Source: a virus
Direction: 5' to 3' (one strand)
IMG/VR virus record: IMGVR_UViG_3300045988_041103
Length of the DNA: 45,914 nt
The notes below the pieces were generated by a model, which ran no database searches, was not told where the DNA came from, and saw only the letters and a list, made by a program, of their open reading frames with translations. A program made the translations under genes and the position numbers. Below, piece by piece: positions 14,100 to 22,914 of the stretch. Each line of letters begins with the position of its first letter. Positions within the stretch are counted from its first letter, which is position 1.

Positions 14100-16252
14100 T
14101 ACTCATGCACCCCTTCTTCAGACACATCCAGCTTTTCAGCAAAATCATTGGCCCACGCATCCATAATCCCGTCAAGGTCGGTATCTTTGGAAATGTGGTT
14201 TTCATTGTGCTGTTCAACCTTGATTTCAGCGGTGGTGAACCGGTTGATTGCTTCCCGCTCGGCAATATCCCGCATATAGGCCAAATCTTCTTCCGCAATG
14301 TCAAGGGCATCACTCATGGCGGCGGTGTTCCCCGCTGTGTCCCCGGTGTTGCCATAGATACCATCAAGGGTGTTCCCAAGGTTGAAGGCATCCAGCCCAT
14401 CAGCGGCCCCCAAGCTGTCCATTGCGGAAAAGTCGAACAAGCCGCCCACGGTATCTTCCACGCCTTGGCCGAATTCATACCCCATATCAAAGGCGGCTCC
14501 ATACTCGAAGCGGCCCAAATGAAGATCTTCCGCATTCAGCTTTTCCATGATTTCTTCACCCTTGCCAAAGGTGGAATCCACCCAACCGCCCAAGCTGTCA
14601 CGCCAGCCTTGGACGGAACCGGCAAGGTTAGAACCGAAGATAGTATCAATGGCCGAAGCCAAAGCCTGAAGGACGGAAAGAACCGTGTCCGCCAAGTCGA
14701 AAAATAGACGGGCCACAGCCCCAACCGGATCATTGAATACATTTCCGATGAAGTTTGCAACCGTAGCCACAAGGTTGTAGATCATCACGAACACATCTAC
14801 AACCAAGTTCCACAGGGCCACAAAGATATTCCCGATGAAGGCCAGCGCCGCCATAAATGCGCCACAAATCAGGCCGGTTGCGGAAACGCTTGTACCTGCA
14901 AAATGATTGACCGCCGCCACAGCCGCATAGAACAGGGCTACAAGGGCGATAATCAGAATGATAATCCATGTAAGGGGGCAAGCCATCAAAGCCGCATTCA
15001 GGCCGTATTGGGCCGCTGTTTGGGCAAAGGTGGCGGTGGTCTGTGCTCCGGTTGCAACGGTAGTCATAGCCAGTCTTGCGGCCTTTACGGTTTCCAGCGC
15101 ATTCACAATGCCGGTCACTGTTTTATAGGCAAGCATGGCTCCATTCAAAACAAGAAAAGCCGTTGCAACACCGCCAACAATAGGGGCAAGCCATGACCAA
15201 TTATCCACCACCAAAGCGGCACCGCCAATCAGAAGGTCAAGCACCACCGTTGCAACAGAAGCGATCCCGGCAAGGCCGTTGATAACTCCATTCGTTACTT
15301 GGGTGAACTTTTCGCTATTAGCAACTTGATTTACCTTGTTCAGAATAGGATTGAAGATAGACAGGGCCTTGTTCTTCATCCCGATCCAAATTTGCCCCCA
15401 AGTTTTGGGCATATTTGAAAACTTGGTTTCAATATCATCCGCCGCCGCAAACATGGCATTTTTCACTACATCGGCGGTCAGTTGACCTTCTGCGGCCATA
15501 GCCCGGATTTCACCAATGGAAACATCCAAGTAATCTGCTATACTCTGAATAATTCCGGGGGCCTGTTCAAATACGCTGTTTAGTTCTTCACCACGAAGCA
15601 CACCGGAAGCCATTGCTTGGGTAAGCTGGATCATGGCGGCTTGCTGTTCCTGAACACTCGCACCGCCAATAATAAACTGTTTGTTAATCAGTTCTTGGAA
15701 GGCAATCACTTCATCCATACTTCCAAACGCATCACGGGCATTTAGGCCCAATTTTGCAATGGAAGAAGCGGCATCCATATAGGAAGTTCTGGATCGTTGC
15801 GCCGAAGCCATTACCTTTTTTTCAAGGTCAGTAAGGGAACCGCCATCATCAAAGTTGATCATGGCGTTATTCAACCGGGCATTTGTGCTGGTAAGCTGGT
15901 CAGAAACCCCAAGAATTTTCTTTACAGCCGCCAACCCACCCACGGTGGCCGCAATGCCTTTTAGCTTGCTCCAAAGGCCATCAGCGGCGGTGGTGCCGTC
16001 CCTGATCCGCCTGTTGAAGCGGTCTTGCTGGTTGCCAGCATTCCGAATATTTTCTTCAATGGAATCGAAGGCGGCCCCGGCTCTTGCCAGTTCTTCACGG
16101 GCTTCCCGAATGGCTGAAGTGTCCACAGAATTACCAGAAGCCCGTTGCATGGCTTCAAAGCTGTTCAGCACAATGTTCATAGCCTTGTGCATGGACTTCA
16201 GCGGGGCAGTAACACCGTCATATAGGGCGATTGCCGTTCTAATGGTTGCCAA
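14099..16252 (-). CDS. Tail tape measure protein
   Basis: 717 aa. Helical N-terminal part, a central multi-TM/Gly-Ala-rich segment, and a position after the chaperone. TTG start with GAAGGTG upstream. Confidence 0.85.
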   Translation of the reverse strand: MATIRTAIALYDGVTAPLKSMHKAMNIVLNSFEAMQRASGNSVDTSAIREAREELARAGAAFDSIEENIRNAGNQQDRFNRRIRDGTTAADGLWSKLKGIAATVGGLAAVKKILGVSDQLTSTNARLNNAMINFDDGGSLTDLEKKVMASAQRSRTSYMDAASSIAKLGLNARDAFGSMDEVIAFQELINKQFIIGGASVQEQQAAMIQLTQAMASGVLRGEELNSVFEQAPGIIQSIADYLDVSIGEIRAMAAEGQLTADVVKNAMFAAADDIETKFSNMPKTWGQIWIGMKNKALSIFNPILNKVNQVANSEKFTQVTNGVINGLAGIASVATVVLDLLIGGAALVVDNWSWLAPIVGGVATAFLVLNGAMLAYKTVTGIVNALETVKAARLAMTTVATGAQTTATFAQTAAQYGLNAALMACPLTWIIILIIALVALFYAAVAAVNHFAGTSVSATGLICGAFMAALAFIGNIFVALWNLVVDVFVMIYNLVATVANFIGNVFNDPVGAVARLFFDLADTVLSVLQALASAIDTIFGSNLAGSVQGWRDSLGGWVDSTFGKGEEIMEKLNAEDLHLGRFEYGAAFDMGYEFGQGVEDTVGGLFDFSAMDSLGAADGLDAFNLGNTLDGIYGNTGDTAGNTAAMSDALDIAEEDLAYMRDIAEREAINRFTTAEIKVEQHNENHISKDTDLDGIMDAWANDFAEKLDVSEEGVHE

Positions 16253-16296
16253 TAGGGGTTCACCTTCTTTCCATAGCAGAGGGCCGGGGCCAACAG

Positions 16297-16934
16297 TTAC
16301 TTTCTGCGGCCCCGGCGCTGTTTCCGTTCAATTTCTTTCTGTTTCTTCTTTTCCCGCTCCACCCGAATATCAATGGCCGCAATAATGAAGGCCCGTTCTT
16401 TCCGGGGCAAGTCCAGAAAAGCAGATGGTGTCAAATGCAGTTCGTGAAGGCAATAGTAAGCGATATTTGCTTCACCATCACCTTCTTCAATTAGTTTTTT
16501 GCCTCGTCCACCTCATCCTGAAGGGTGGTTTCAAACCCGCAAACCTCCTGAACTTTGGTCAGGTAATCGGCATACTCGCCGGGGGTCAGCATGGTTTTCA
16601 GAAGGGCTTCAGCGCCCATCACCTTATAGCTGTCCTGAAGTTCCTTGTCATTCAGGTTGGGGAACACCGTACAGGCCACAGCCAGCTTGCCAAGGTACAG
16701 ATCATAGTCGGTTTCCTTCTGATACTGGTTTTTCTTGCCGGGAACGGGAAACCGCTTGGCACAGGACTTCCGAAGGGCTTCATCCTCGGTGCCGGTAATG
16801 GCCTTGATCTCCCATTCCATAGGCTTCCGCTTGCCCTTATCGTCCAATTCATCAGACAAAAACCGCTTGGAAGCAACAAACTTCACATTCTCAACGGACA
16901 GGGCATTTTCAGCCAGAAAAGCAGACAAACTCAT
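16297..16934 (-). CDS. Tail assembly chaperone, -1 frameshift-extended product
   Basis: After a slip at A_AAA_AAC, the -1 frame stays open for 65 codons (LIEEGDGEANIAYYCLHE...KQRRGRRK) to TAA 16297-16299. Confidence 0.65.
16491..16934 (-). CDS. Tail assembly chaperone (XkdN-like), zero-frame product
   Basis: ATG 16934 has AGGAGG 9 nt upstream. Position is between the tube and the tape measure. Confidence 0.75.
   Translation of the reverse strand: MSLSAFLAENALSVENVKFVASKRFLSDELDDKGKRKPMEWEIKAITGTEDEALRKSCAKRFPVPGKKNQYQKETDYDLYLGKLAVACTVFPNLNDKELQDSYKVMGAEALLKTMLTPGEYADYLTKVQEVCGFETTLQDEVDEAKN
16494..16500 (-). promoter_or_regulatory. Slippery heptamer A_AAA_AAC for a programmed -1 ribosomal frameshift
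   Basis: Minus strand reads GCA AAA AAC TAA. The heptamer lies directly before the zero-frame stop codon. Confidence 0.65.
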
Positions 16935-17012
16935 TGTTAAAATCCTCCTATTTTGAAATTGAAAAAAGAAAAACCCGCCCACATTATCAAAATGGGGCGG
17001 GTTTTGGCAATG

Positions 17013-17483
17013 TTACTCCATTCCCGCAAGCAGGGTAAAGGCTTCCGGCATCTCGAAATCCTCAAAAGTGAAGTCCATATCTTCATCCAAGTATTCCGCA
17101 TCAGCGTCAAACTTGGTAAGAATGCCGCCATCAATGTTGCAATCCTTCAGGATCACGGTTTGACGGCCCACAGAAGAAGTGGGATCTTCATTGGTCACTT
17201 GAATGTCAAAATAGACATCCTCGCCGGTGTCCTTGTACTGCTTCATCATTTGGCGGAAAATGCTGGTGTTATAGTGGAAGGTTGCGGAACCCGTACCACT
17301 CCAACCGGTGGATTTGTTACCCTTGCCGGTCTTGCCCAAAATGGGGATTTCCGTCTTATTCTTCTCAAAGTTGGCTTCAAGGTTGATAGCCTGCATGAAA
17401 TTGTAACGGTTATCCCCAATGGTTACAAAGCATTCGGCCAAAGAAGCGGAAACTGCGTCCTTGGCTTGCATTACAGTTGCCAT
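17013..17483 (-). CDS. Tail tube protein (XkdM-like)
   Basis: 156 aa, immediately after the sheath gene. Called on synteny. Confidence 0.8.
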   Translation of the reverse strand: MATVMQAKDAVSASLAECFVTIGDNRYNFMQAINLEANFEKNKTEIPILGKTGKGNKSTGWSGTGSATFHYNTSIFRQMMKQYKDTGEDVYFDIQVTNEDPTSSVGRQTVILKDCNIDGGILTKFDADAEYLDEDMDFTFEDFEMPEAFTLLAGME

Positions 17484-17502
17484 ATACTCTTACACCCCTT
17501 TC

Positions 17503-18819
17503 TTACTGGACATAGACAGTCATATAAAGCTGGGCCATAGCGTTGACCGGGGTAACATAGTCCGTCACCACAACGGCCTTCTTGGTATCGCCTTGGGCAA
17601 CCGTCACATTATCGCTGGAGAAGTTCTCAATAGCCCGGATATTCTGAAGCTCCTGATGGTGCTTCACAATATCGTTCCACAGGCTGATCCGCCCGGAAGC
17701 GTCATTGGGAACTTTGCCAAGGTACTTCTTGCCGAACAGAACAGCAATATCATTGGCAATCTGATCCAGAACCCGGATTGTCTGATTGCTGGAAAAGTCC
17801 CCGGACTTTTCATCCGTCACGGAAATGAAGGTGTTAATATCCTCCAAAACCACAACCTTTTCATCCACCAGATGGAACATGAACGAACCTTCCAGAATAC
17901 CGGCTTCCAATTCGCTTTGGGTATAATCAGTATCAATCTGATATTCCCCGTCATAGTCCATATTGGTTGCGGACTTATTCACGGCGGTTCCCGCAATCAC
18001 GCCGGTTGCCCACGGGATCAGGGCGGGATCATCGGTTTCACCAACAATGGTGTTCTTCACACTCACGGTGCCTTCATAGTCGGCCAGCTTGCGGAAGCAT
18101 ACCACCTGAAACTTCTTGCCCACATCATCCCGCATCCGCTTACAGAAGGCAGAAAACAGTTCAGCAATGGTGGATTTGTTGGTGGGGCAACCCATAGCGT
18201 TGAAGGTATAGGCTTCCATCTTATCCAGATAGGTTTGATAAGCCGCATCCTCCACACTCCCATTGGTGCCGCTGGTAAGGGGGGTGGAAGCAGTCACAGC
18301 AAGGCTTCCTTCTGTTTTGAAGTCCACATAATCATTGGGCTTCAGGTCAGTCATTTTAGAAATGGCCTTCTGCTGATCCACTTGGACAGTGCCAAGGAAA
18401 GTGGAAACATCATACAGTTTGCTTTCCGGCTGACTGTTTTCATTTTCCTCAATGACAATACGAAGGTCATTCCCACGGGTGCCGGGGTATTTGGCCGTTG
18501 CATAAGTGCAAGCGGCCTTTGCGCCGCTGGAATTCAGGCGGAAGAAGTGAACCGTTTGGGCGTGTTTGAAAATCTCACGCATGGGCTTCAGTTCGTCCGC
18601 CGTGTACGCATAGCCGAAAATCTTTTGGGAATTCTTCTGGAACTCCCCAAGTTCAACGGTGATAACCTCACCTTCAGGCCCCCAATTCATTTCAAGGGGG
18701 ATGGTCGCAATACCACGATCAGAGAGGGTGGCGCTTGCATTCGCAACCGAAATGAAGTTGATATATGCACCGGGCAGAATCTTGTTCTGCGTCAAAAAAG
18801 TGCCGCCGCCAAGGGCCAT
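17503..18819 (-). CDS. Contractile tail sheath protein (XkdK-like)
   Basis: 438 aa. The N-terminus MALGGGTFLTQNKILPGAYINF is typical of sheath proteins. Confidence 0.9.
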   Translation of the reverse strand: MALGGGTFLTQNKILPGAYINFISVANASATLSDRGIATIPLEMNWGPEGEVITVELGEFQKNSQKIFGYAYTADELKPMREIFKHAQTVHFFRLNSSGAKAACTYATAKYPGTRGNDLRIVIEENENSQPESKLYDVSTFLGTVQVDQQKAISKMTDLKPNDYVDFKTEGSLAVTASTPLTSGTNGSVEDAAYQTYLDKMEAYTFNAMGCPTNKSTIAELFSAFCKRMRDDVGKKFQVVCFRKLADYEGTVSVKNTIVGETDDPALIPWATGVIAGTAVNKSATNMDYDGEYQIDTDYTQSELEAGILEGSFMFHLVDEKVVVLEDINTFISVTDEKSGDFSSNQTIRVLDQIANDIAVLFGKKYLGKVPNDASGRISLWNDIVKHHQELQNIRAIENFSSDNVTVAQGDTKKAVVVTDYVTPVNAMAQLYMTVYVQ

Positions 18820-18820
18820 A

Positions 18821-19036
18821 TCAATTCACCTTGCCTTTCTTGAAAAAGTTTTGAAGCAAGCTGTCCACCTGCTCCATCGTGTATTCCTTTCCATCTTCCA
18901 GCAAAACGGACAGAAGATCACGCCGCTTGGCGTATCGCTGGAAGGTCAGGATATTTCTTTTGGTGAAAACCGGGACATTGGAAACAGGCGGGGCCGCTTC
19001 CGCTGTCTTGGGCTTTCTGGTTTTGGTCGTAGGCAT
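18821..19036 (-). CDS. Hypothetical small protein
   Basis: 71-aa ORF tightly packed before the sheath gene. Confidence 0.5.
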   Translation of the reverse strand: MPTTKTRKPKTAEAAPPVSNVPVFTKRNILTFQRYAKRRDLLSVLLEDGKEYTMEQVDSLLQNFFKKGKVN

Positions 19037-19038
19037 TT

Positions 19039-19470
19039 TTAATCCCCTCCAATGGTTCCAACCTCGGTTTCCAAGGTTTCCATATAGGTTTCTTCAGCGG
19101 GGCGGATCATGGGCAAGTTATAGTTCACAAAGAAATGAAGTACATTGTCCACAATCTCATAATTCACGCTGGTTCCATGAAGAAGATCACCGCTGGGAAG
19201 CGTGATGAAGTCCAAGGCTTCCATCATCGTTTCCGCAACGGTGAACATCTCCGCATTATTGCGGGGGTTGGTCGGAAAATACTGAATGTCAAATGGGTTC
19301 CTCTTGATAAAGCGCCGCCCAAGCATGGGCGTGATTTCCGGTTGTAAAACGGCAATCAAAAAACAGGGTTCTTTCAAACCCTGTTCCACATCATTCTGAT
19401 AGATTTCATACCCATCCCCAAAGGCGGCGTTCAGTGCCATTGAAATTCCTTTGATAATCTCATTAAGCAT
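19039..19470 (-). CDS. Putative tail completion / terminator protein
   Basis: 143 aa. Called only on position, between the gp10-like gene and the sheath. Confidence 0.45.
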   Translation of the reverse strand: MLNEIIKGISMALNAAFGDGYEIYQNDVEQGLKEPCFLIAVLQPEITPMLGRRFIKRNPFDIQYFPTNPRNNAEMFTVAETMMEALDFITLPSGDLLHGTSVNYEIVDNVLHFFVNYNLPMIRPAEETYMETLETEVGTIGGD

Positions 19471-19945
19471 CGAAACACCCCTTCAGGAACAAATACAACT
19501 TCTTTTCCAGAATTTTAGGCGCTTGCTGTTCCAGTTCTTGTGTGGAAATGGTCAGCATATAGCGCCCCTTTACCCAATTTTTCTTCAGCACCATCCCGCC
19601 TTCCGCATCGGGATCATAAACAAAGCGGTCACTTTCCCAATAACCGGGGATGAACCGCCCCGGCTGTTGCCGGTGGCCGTATTCAACATAGGACGCATAC
19701 TGAAGGTTATTCAGCACAACAACTGTGTAATGGGTTCCCCTGTGGCCCACAGGCATTACCGCCCACGCATCCCGCAAGGTGCCATATACAACAGGTGTCC
19801 GCTTCACAACCTTATTCAGCAAGCGCCCCGCCAACTCTTGGGCGGCTTGGCGGCAAAACCTGTCCAAATCCGCCCCCATCAGCTTTTCCATGTTCTTATT
19901 CAGCCGTTCCAGTTGCTTGAAATCGCATTTGCCCCATTTAGCCAT
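19463..19945 (-). CDS. HK97 gp10-like head-tail joining protein
   Basis: ORF 19463..19963. ATG 19945 overlaps the upstream stop (TAATG). The family is recalled from the KWGKCDFKQLERL... pattern. Confidence 0.55.
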   Translation of the reverse strand: MAKWGKCDFKQLERLNKNMEKLMGADLDRFCRQAAQELAGRLLNKVVKRTPVVYGTLRDAWAVMPVGHRGTHYTVVVLNNLQYASYVEYGHRQQPGRFIPGYWESDRFVYDPDAEGGMVLKKNWVKGRYMLTISTQELEQQAPKILEKKLYLFLKGCFDA

Positions 19946-20313
19946 TAGGCATACCCCTTCCACGGCTCCAACTGGATTTCTTGATGGTTGGTGAAAACCC
20001 CGGCTTCACCGCTTTTAGAATAGGTGAACTTCCGTTCAAGATTGTTGAACCGTGTCACAACGATTTTACAGCCAGCGGGGATTTCCACATCAGGGGACAA
20101 GAACAGCTTCACAGTTTGGGCAACAGCGGCCACGGGATCACCGGAACTTGAAGTTAAGGTTTCAAAGGACAATTTACAGGGCTGATCCTGAAGAAGCGGC
20201 TTTTCTTCAAAGTCAGTCAGGTGTGTGGTTGGATCGGTGACTTTCTCTTTTACGAAAATAGAACACCGATCCTTCCACAACCGTTCAAGGGCTTTTCTGT
20301 GGGCGTTTACCAT
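19945..20313 (-). CDS. Head closure / head-tail adaptor protein
   Basis: 122 aa. Called on position and size. Confidence 0.55.
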   Translation of the reverse strand: MVNAHRKALERLWKDRCSIFVKEKVTDPTTHLTDFEEKPLLQDQPCKLSFETLTSSSGDPVAAVAQTVKLFLSPDVEIPAGCKIVVTRFNNLERKFTYSKSGEAGVFTNHQEIQLEPWKGYA

Positions 20314-20687
20314 ACAAACTTCCTGAATCGGTAAAGTTCACGGCTCCGCCCATTGGCCAGGTAGTCAATCAGACTGTTCAACCGCTGTTCAGGGGTCAAA
20401 TTCCCATCCCCAATGGCAAAAACCGTGTTGGTATCGCCTTCCTGAATTTGCTTGATTGCCGCTTCAAGGTCAAACCCTTCCAACTGCCCGGAAACCTTCT
20501 TCATGTTCAGGTATTCGCCAACCGCCATATAGACGGCCACACTCACCAACCCTTCAGGCATATCCTTTCGGTTGGTTTTGTTTTGAACCCTGTATTGAAC
20601 ATTGCTGATCACAATATCCAACAGGGGATCTTCAGCGGCCCCCGTTACGCCAAGGGCCGTAAGCATTGCAATAACCTGTTCACGCAA
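20307..20687 (-). CDS. Head-tail connector (gp6-like DNA-packaging protein)
   Basis: 126 aa, immediately after the capsid gene. Confidence 0.55.
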   Translation of the reverse strand: MREQVIAMLTALGVTGAAEDPLLDIVISNVQYRVQNKTNRKDMPEGLVSVAVYMAVGEYLNMKKVSGQLEGFDLEAAIKQIQEGDTNTVFAIGDGNLTPEQRLNSLIDYLANGRSRELYRFRKFVW

Positions 20688-20707
20688 CGGGAATCACCGC
20701 CATTCCA

Positions 20708-21889
20708 TCAGCCCAAAGACTGAATCCGGGCAATGGGAATGGCCTTGTGGTTGATATAGGTGCGCTGGGAAGCAGTGCTTTCCCCGCTGTGAACCAGCGT
20801 CCAGTTCTGCCCATTCTCCAAGTCCGTGTCCGTGGGGGACAGCTTGGTCTGACTTTTCTTCTCATAGCTGATACCATAGGGGCTGAACACCTTGCGCTGA
20901 CGCATATACAGGGTATCAACACCGCCGTTGGTCTTGGGGTCACGGGCCATTTCATAAGGAACCTTGGCCCCAATATCTTCATAGGAGATAGCACCGTTGC
21001 CCATGATGAAGGTGGTGTACTGCGTAGCGGGAACCACATACATATCAGCGGCAAGGGTACGGGTGCCAAAGTAGGGGGTTGCCTTGGCAAGATCAATTTC
21101 AGAAGCACCGGAAGCACCGGAAGCCTTGATCACCAAAGCGCCGGGGGTGTCCGCTTCAGCATCGGCATAGCCGGTCACGGCGGGAAGATCATCGTCCACA
21201 ACCACAGTGCGGCCATTCCAAGTGGCAAGGGTCAAATCCTTCTGAATGCCGTCCCCGTCCGTCTGTTTCATGAACTCCAACAGCTTCATGTTTTCAAGGT
21301 TGGTGGCAACATCACTGTGCATGAACACCAAAGAAAACTTCTGCTTATTGGCTCCACAAGCCTTGTTCACGGCGCTGTTCAGGGTGGTGGCGCTCATAGG
21401 GGCATAAATCGTGGTGCTGTGCTTCTCCACAAACTCCTTGTTCTTGGCATCGGTGGTGGGCATGGCAAAAACACCCTTCAGGATGGAAAGAAGGGCTTTC
21501 TGATCCAAGGTATCCTTGTACTCCGCAACCTGTGCGGACACATTGCCCATGAAGTCCACGCCGCCCGTAATGTCATAGCTGAAGTCCTTTTCAGTCCATG
21601 CCTTGGCACGGCCAACAACCACCATGCCCTGTTCAAAGGTCTTGGTGGAAGTGGCGGTAATGTCGGTTTCACCGTCATAGTTCACCGCATCCCCATCCAG
21701 AAGGCCACGCATGGCAAGACGGGCATAGCCGGTGCCATTCTGACTGGTGAACACCGCCCGAATATCAGGGTTCCCGGCCAGCGCACGGGACTTCTTCAGG
21801 GCGTTCAGGGTCAGGTTAGGCACACGGCCAACCATGTACTTAAACGCTTCAGGGTTGAAAGACTTTGCATCAAACTTGCTGTTAGCCAT
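20708..21889 (-). CDS. Major capsid protein
   Basis: 393 aa, following the scaffold gene. No protease gene lies between them. Confidence 0.8.
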   Translation of the reverse strand: MANSKFDAKSFNPEAFKYMVGRVPNLTLNALKKSRALAGNPDIRAVFTSQNGTGYARLAMRGLLDGDAVNYDGETDITATSTKTFEQGMVVVGRAKAWTEKDFSYDITGGVDFMGNVSAQVAEYKDTLDQKALLSILKGVFAMPTTDAKNKEFVEKHSTTIYAPMSATTLNSAVNKACGANKQKFSLVFMHSDVATNLENMKLLEFMKQTDGDGIQKDLTLATWNGRTVVVDDDLPAVTGYADAEADTPGALVIKASGASGASEIDLAKATPYFGTRTLAADMYVVPATQYTTFIMGNGAISYEDIGAKVPYEMARDPKTNGGVDTLYMRQRKVFSPYGISYEKKSQTKLSPTDTDLENGQNWTLVHSGESTASQRTYINHKAIPIARIQSLG

Positions 21890-21927
21890 CGTTCAAACTT
21901 CCTTTCTGTGTAGTCAAATTGTGTGGG

Positions 21928-22533
21928 TTACTCCAAAACCGCATCCGGGTTTTCCTCCATGTACTTGCACAGTTCGTCATAGGACATTTTGGAAAGGTCA
22001 TCCCCGGTGGGCTGATTGTGGGGATCACTCTTTTCAGCGGCTTTGGCTCCCTTAAACTTGGCCTTGCCGCTGGTGTCGAACAGAAAAGCCGTGTCCTCAC
22101 CCTTGGTCAGCTTGCCAATTTCATCATCCAGCCCTTTCACCGTGCCATCATCGGCCAGTTCCGCCTTCTCCAAGAATGCGGCCAACAGCGCCTTTACAGC
22201 GGTGTTGTTTTTGGCCTTGGCATTGGTCAGGGCCACATCAACGGCATTGCTGATCTTCAGGGCCTTGATTTCATTGGCGTGATCCTTGTCCTTCTGCTTG
22301 TTCGCTTCCTGAAGGGCGGTGATCTGGTTCTGAAGTTCCGTGTTATCACCAGCGGATTTCTTCAGGGTTTCAATCTGCCCATCCCGTTCAGAAACTTGGG
22401 CTTTCAGGGTCTTGTTTTCCTCGTTCACCTCATTGAACCGGCTCTTGGTTACAAAGGAACCATTCAGCCCTTCCATAACCTTGTTGGCCTGTTCCTCGGT
22501 CAAGCCCCACTCCATCAGCTTTTCTTTCGTCAT
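21928..22533 (-). CDS. Scaffolding protein (GP20-like)
   Basis: 201 aa, coiled-coil and K/E-rich. MTKEKLMEWGLTEEQANKVMEGLNGSFVTKSRFNEV is typical. Confidence 0.75.
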   Translation of the reverse strand: MTKEKLMEWGLTEEQANKVMEGLNGSFVTKSRFNEVNEENKTLKAQVSERDGQIETLKKSAGDNTELQNQITALQEANKQKDKDHANEIKALKISNAVDVALTNAKAKNNTAVKALLAAFLEKAELADDGTVKGLDDEIGKLTKGEDTAFLFDTSGKAKFKGAKAAEKSDPHNQPTGDDLSKMSYDELCKYMEENPDAVLE

Positions 22534-22638
22534 AGTGTGATACCTCCATCATAAAATCCTTTTTTACCGTGGGTCAGGAACCACGATTTCCCCCGGCTCT
22601 GTTTTCCGCCCACAACCGGGAAACGGCGAATAGGTATG

Positions 22639-22671
22639 AAAAAACCACCACCGGCCCGAAGGCCGGGGTGG
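22639..22671 (-). terminator. Rho-independent terminator between the portal-MuF block and the scaffold-capsid block
   Basis: Minus strand reads CCACCCCGGCC-TTCG-GGCCGGTGGTGG followed by T6 (plus-strand A6 at 22639-22644). Confidence 0.75.
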
Positions 22672-22692
22672 TTCAATCAACAATATTGTGGA

Positions 22693-22914
22693 TCAGTCCC
22701 AATGCTGATCCGGGCTGAAGTTTTCAAGAACAGAATAATAATTGGGGATTTGGTCAGGCGGTTTCCCATCCTTCAAAGCAGTAAGAACTTCAATTTTTTC
22801 ATCAAGAAGTTCTTCACTGTCCGCATCAAAGAAGCGGTCAACCAGAACATCAGAAACTTCAGCCAACAGCGCATGAACCTTCATCAGCTTTTCTTCCCGT
22901 GTCATATTAACCAC
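22693..22914 (-). CDS. Small acidic hypothetical protein (candidate immunity/partner of the MuF C-terminal domain)
   Basis: 73 aa, D/E-rich. Its start overlaps the MuF stop by 8 nt, and the terminator follows it. Confidence 0.5.
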   Translation of the reverse strand: MVNMTREEKLMKVHALLAEVSDVLVDRFFDADSEELLDEKIEVLTALKDGKPPDQIPNYYSVLENFSPDQHWD

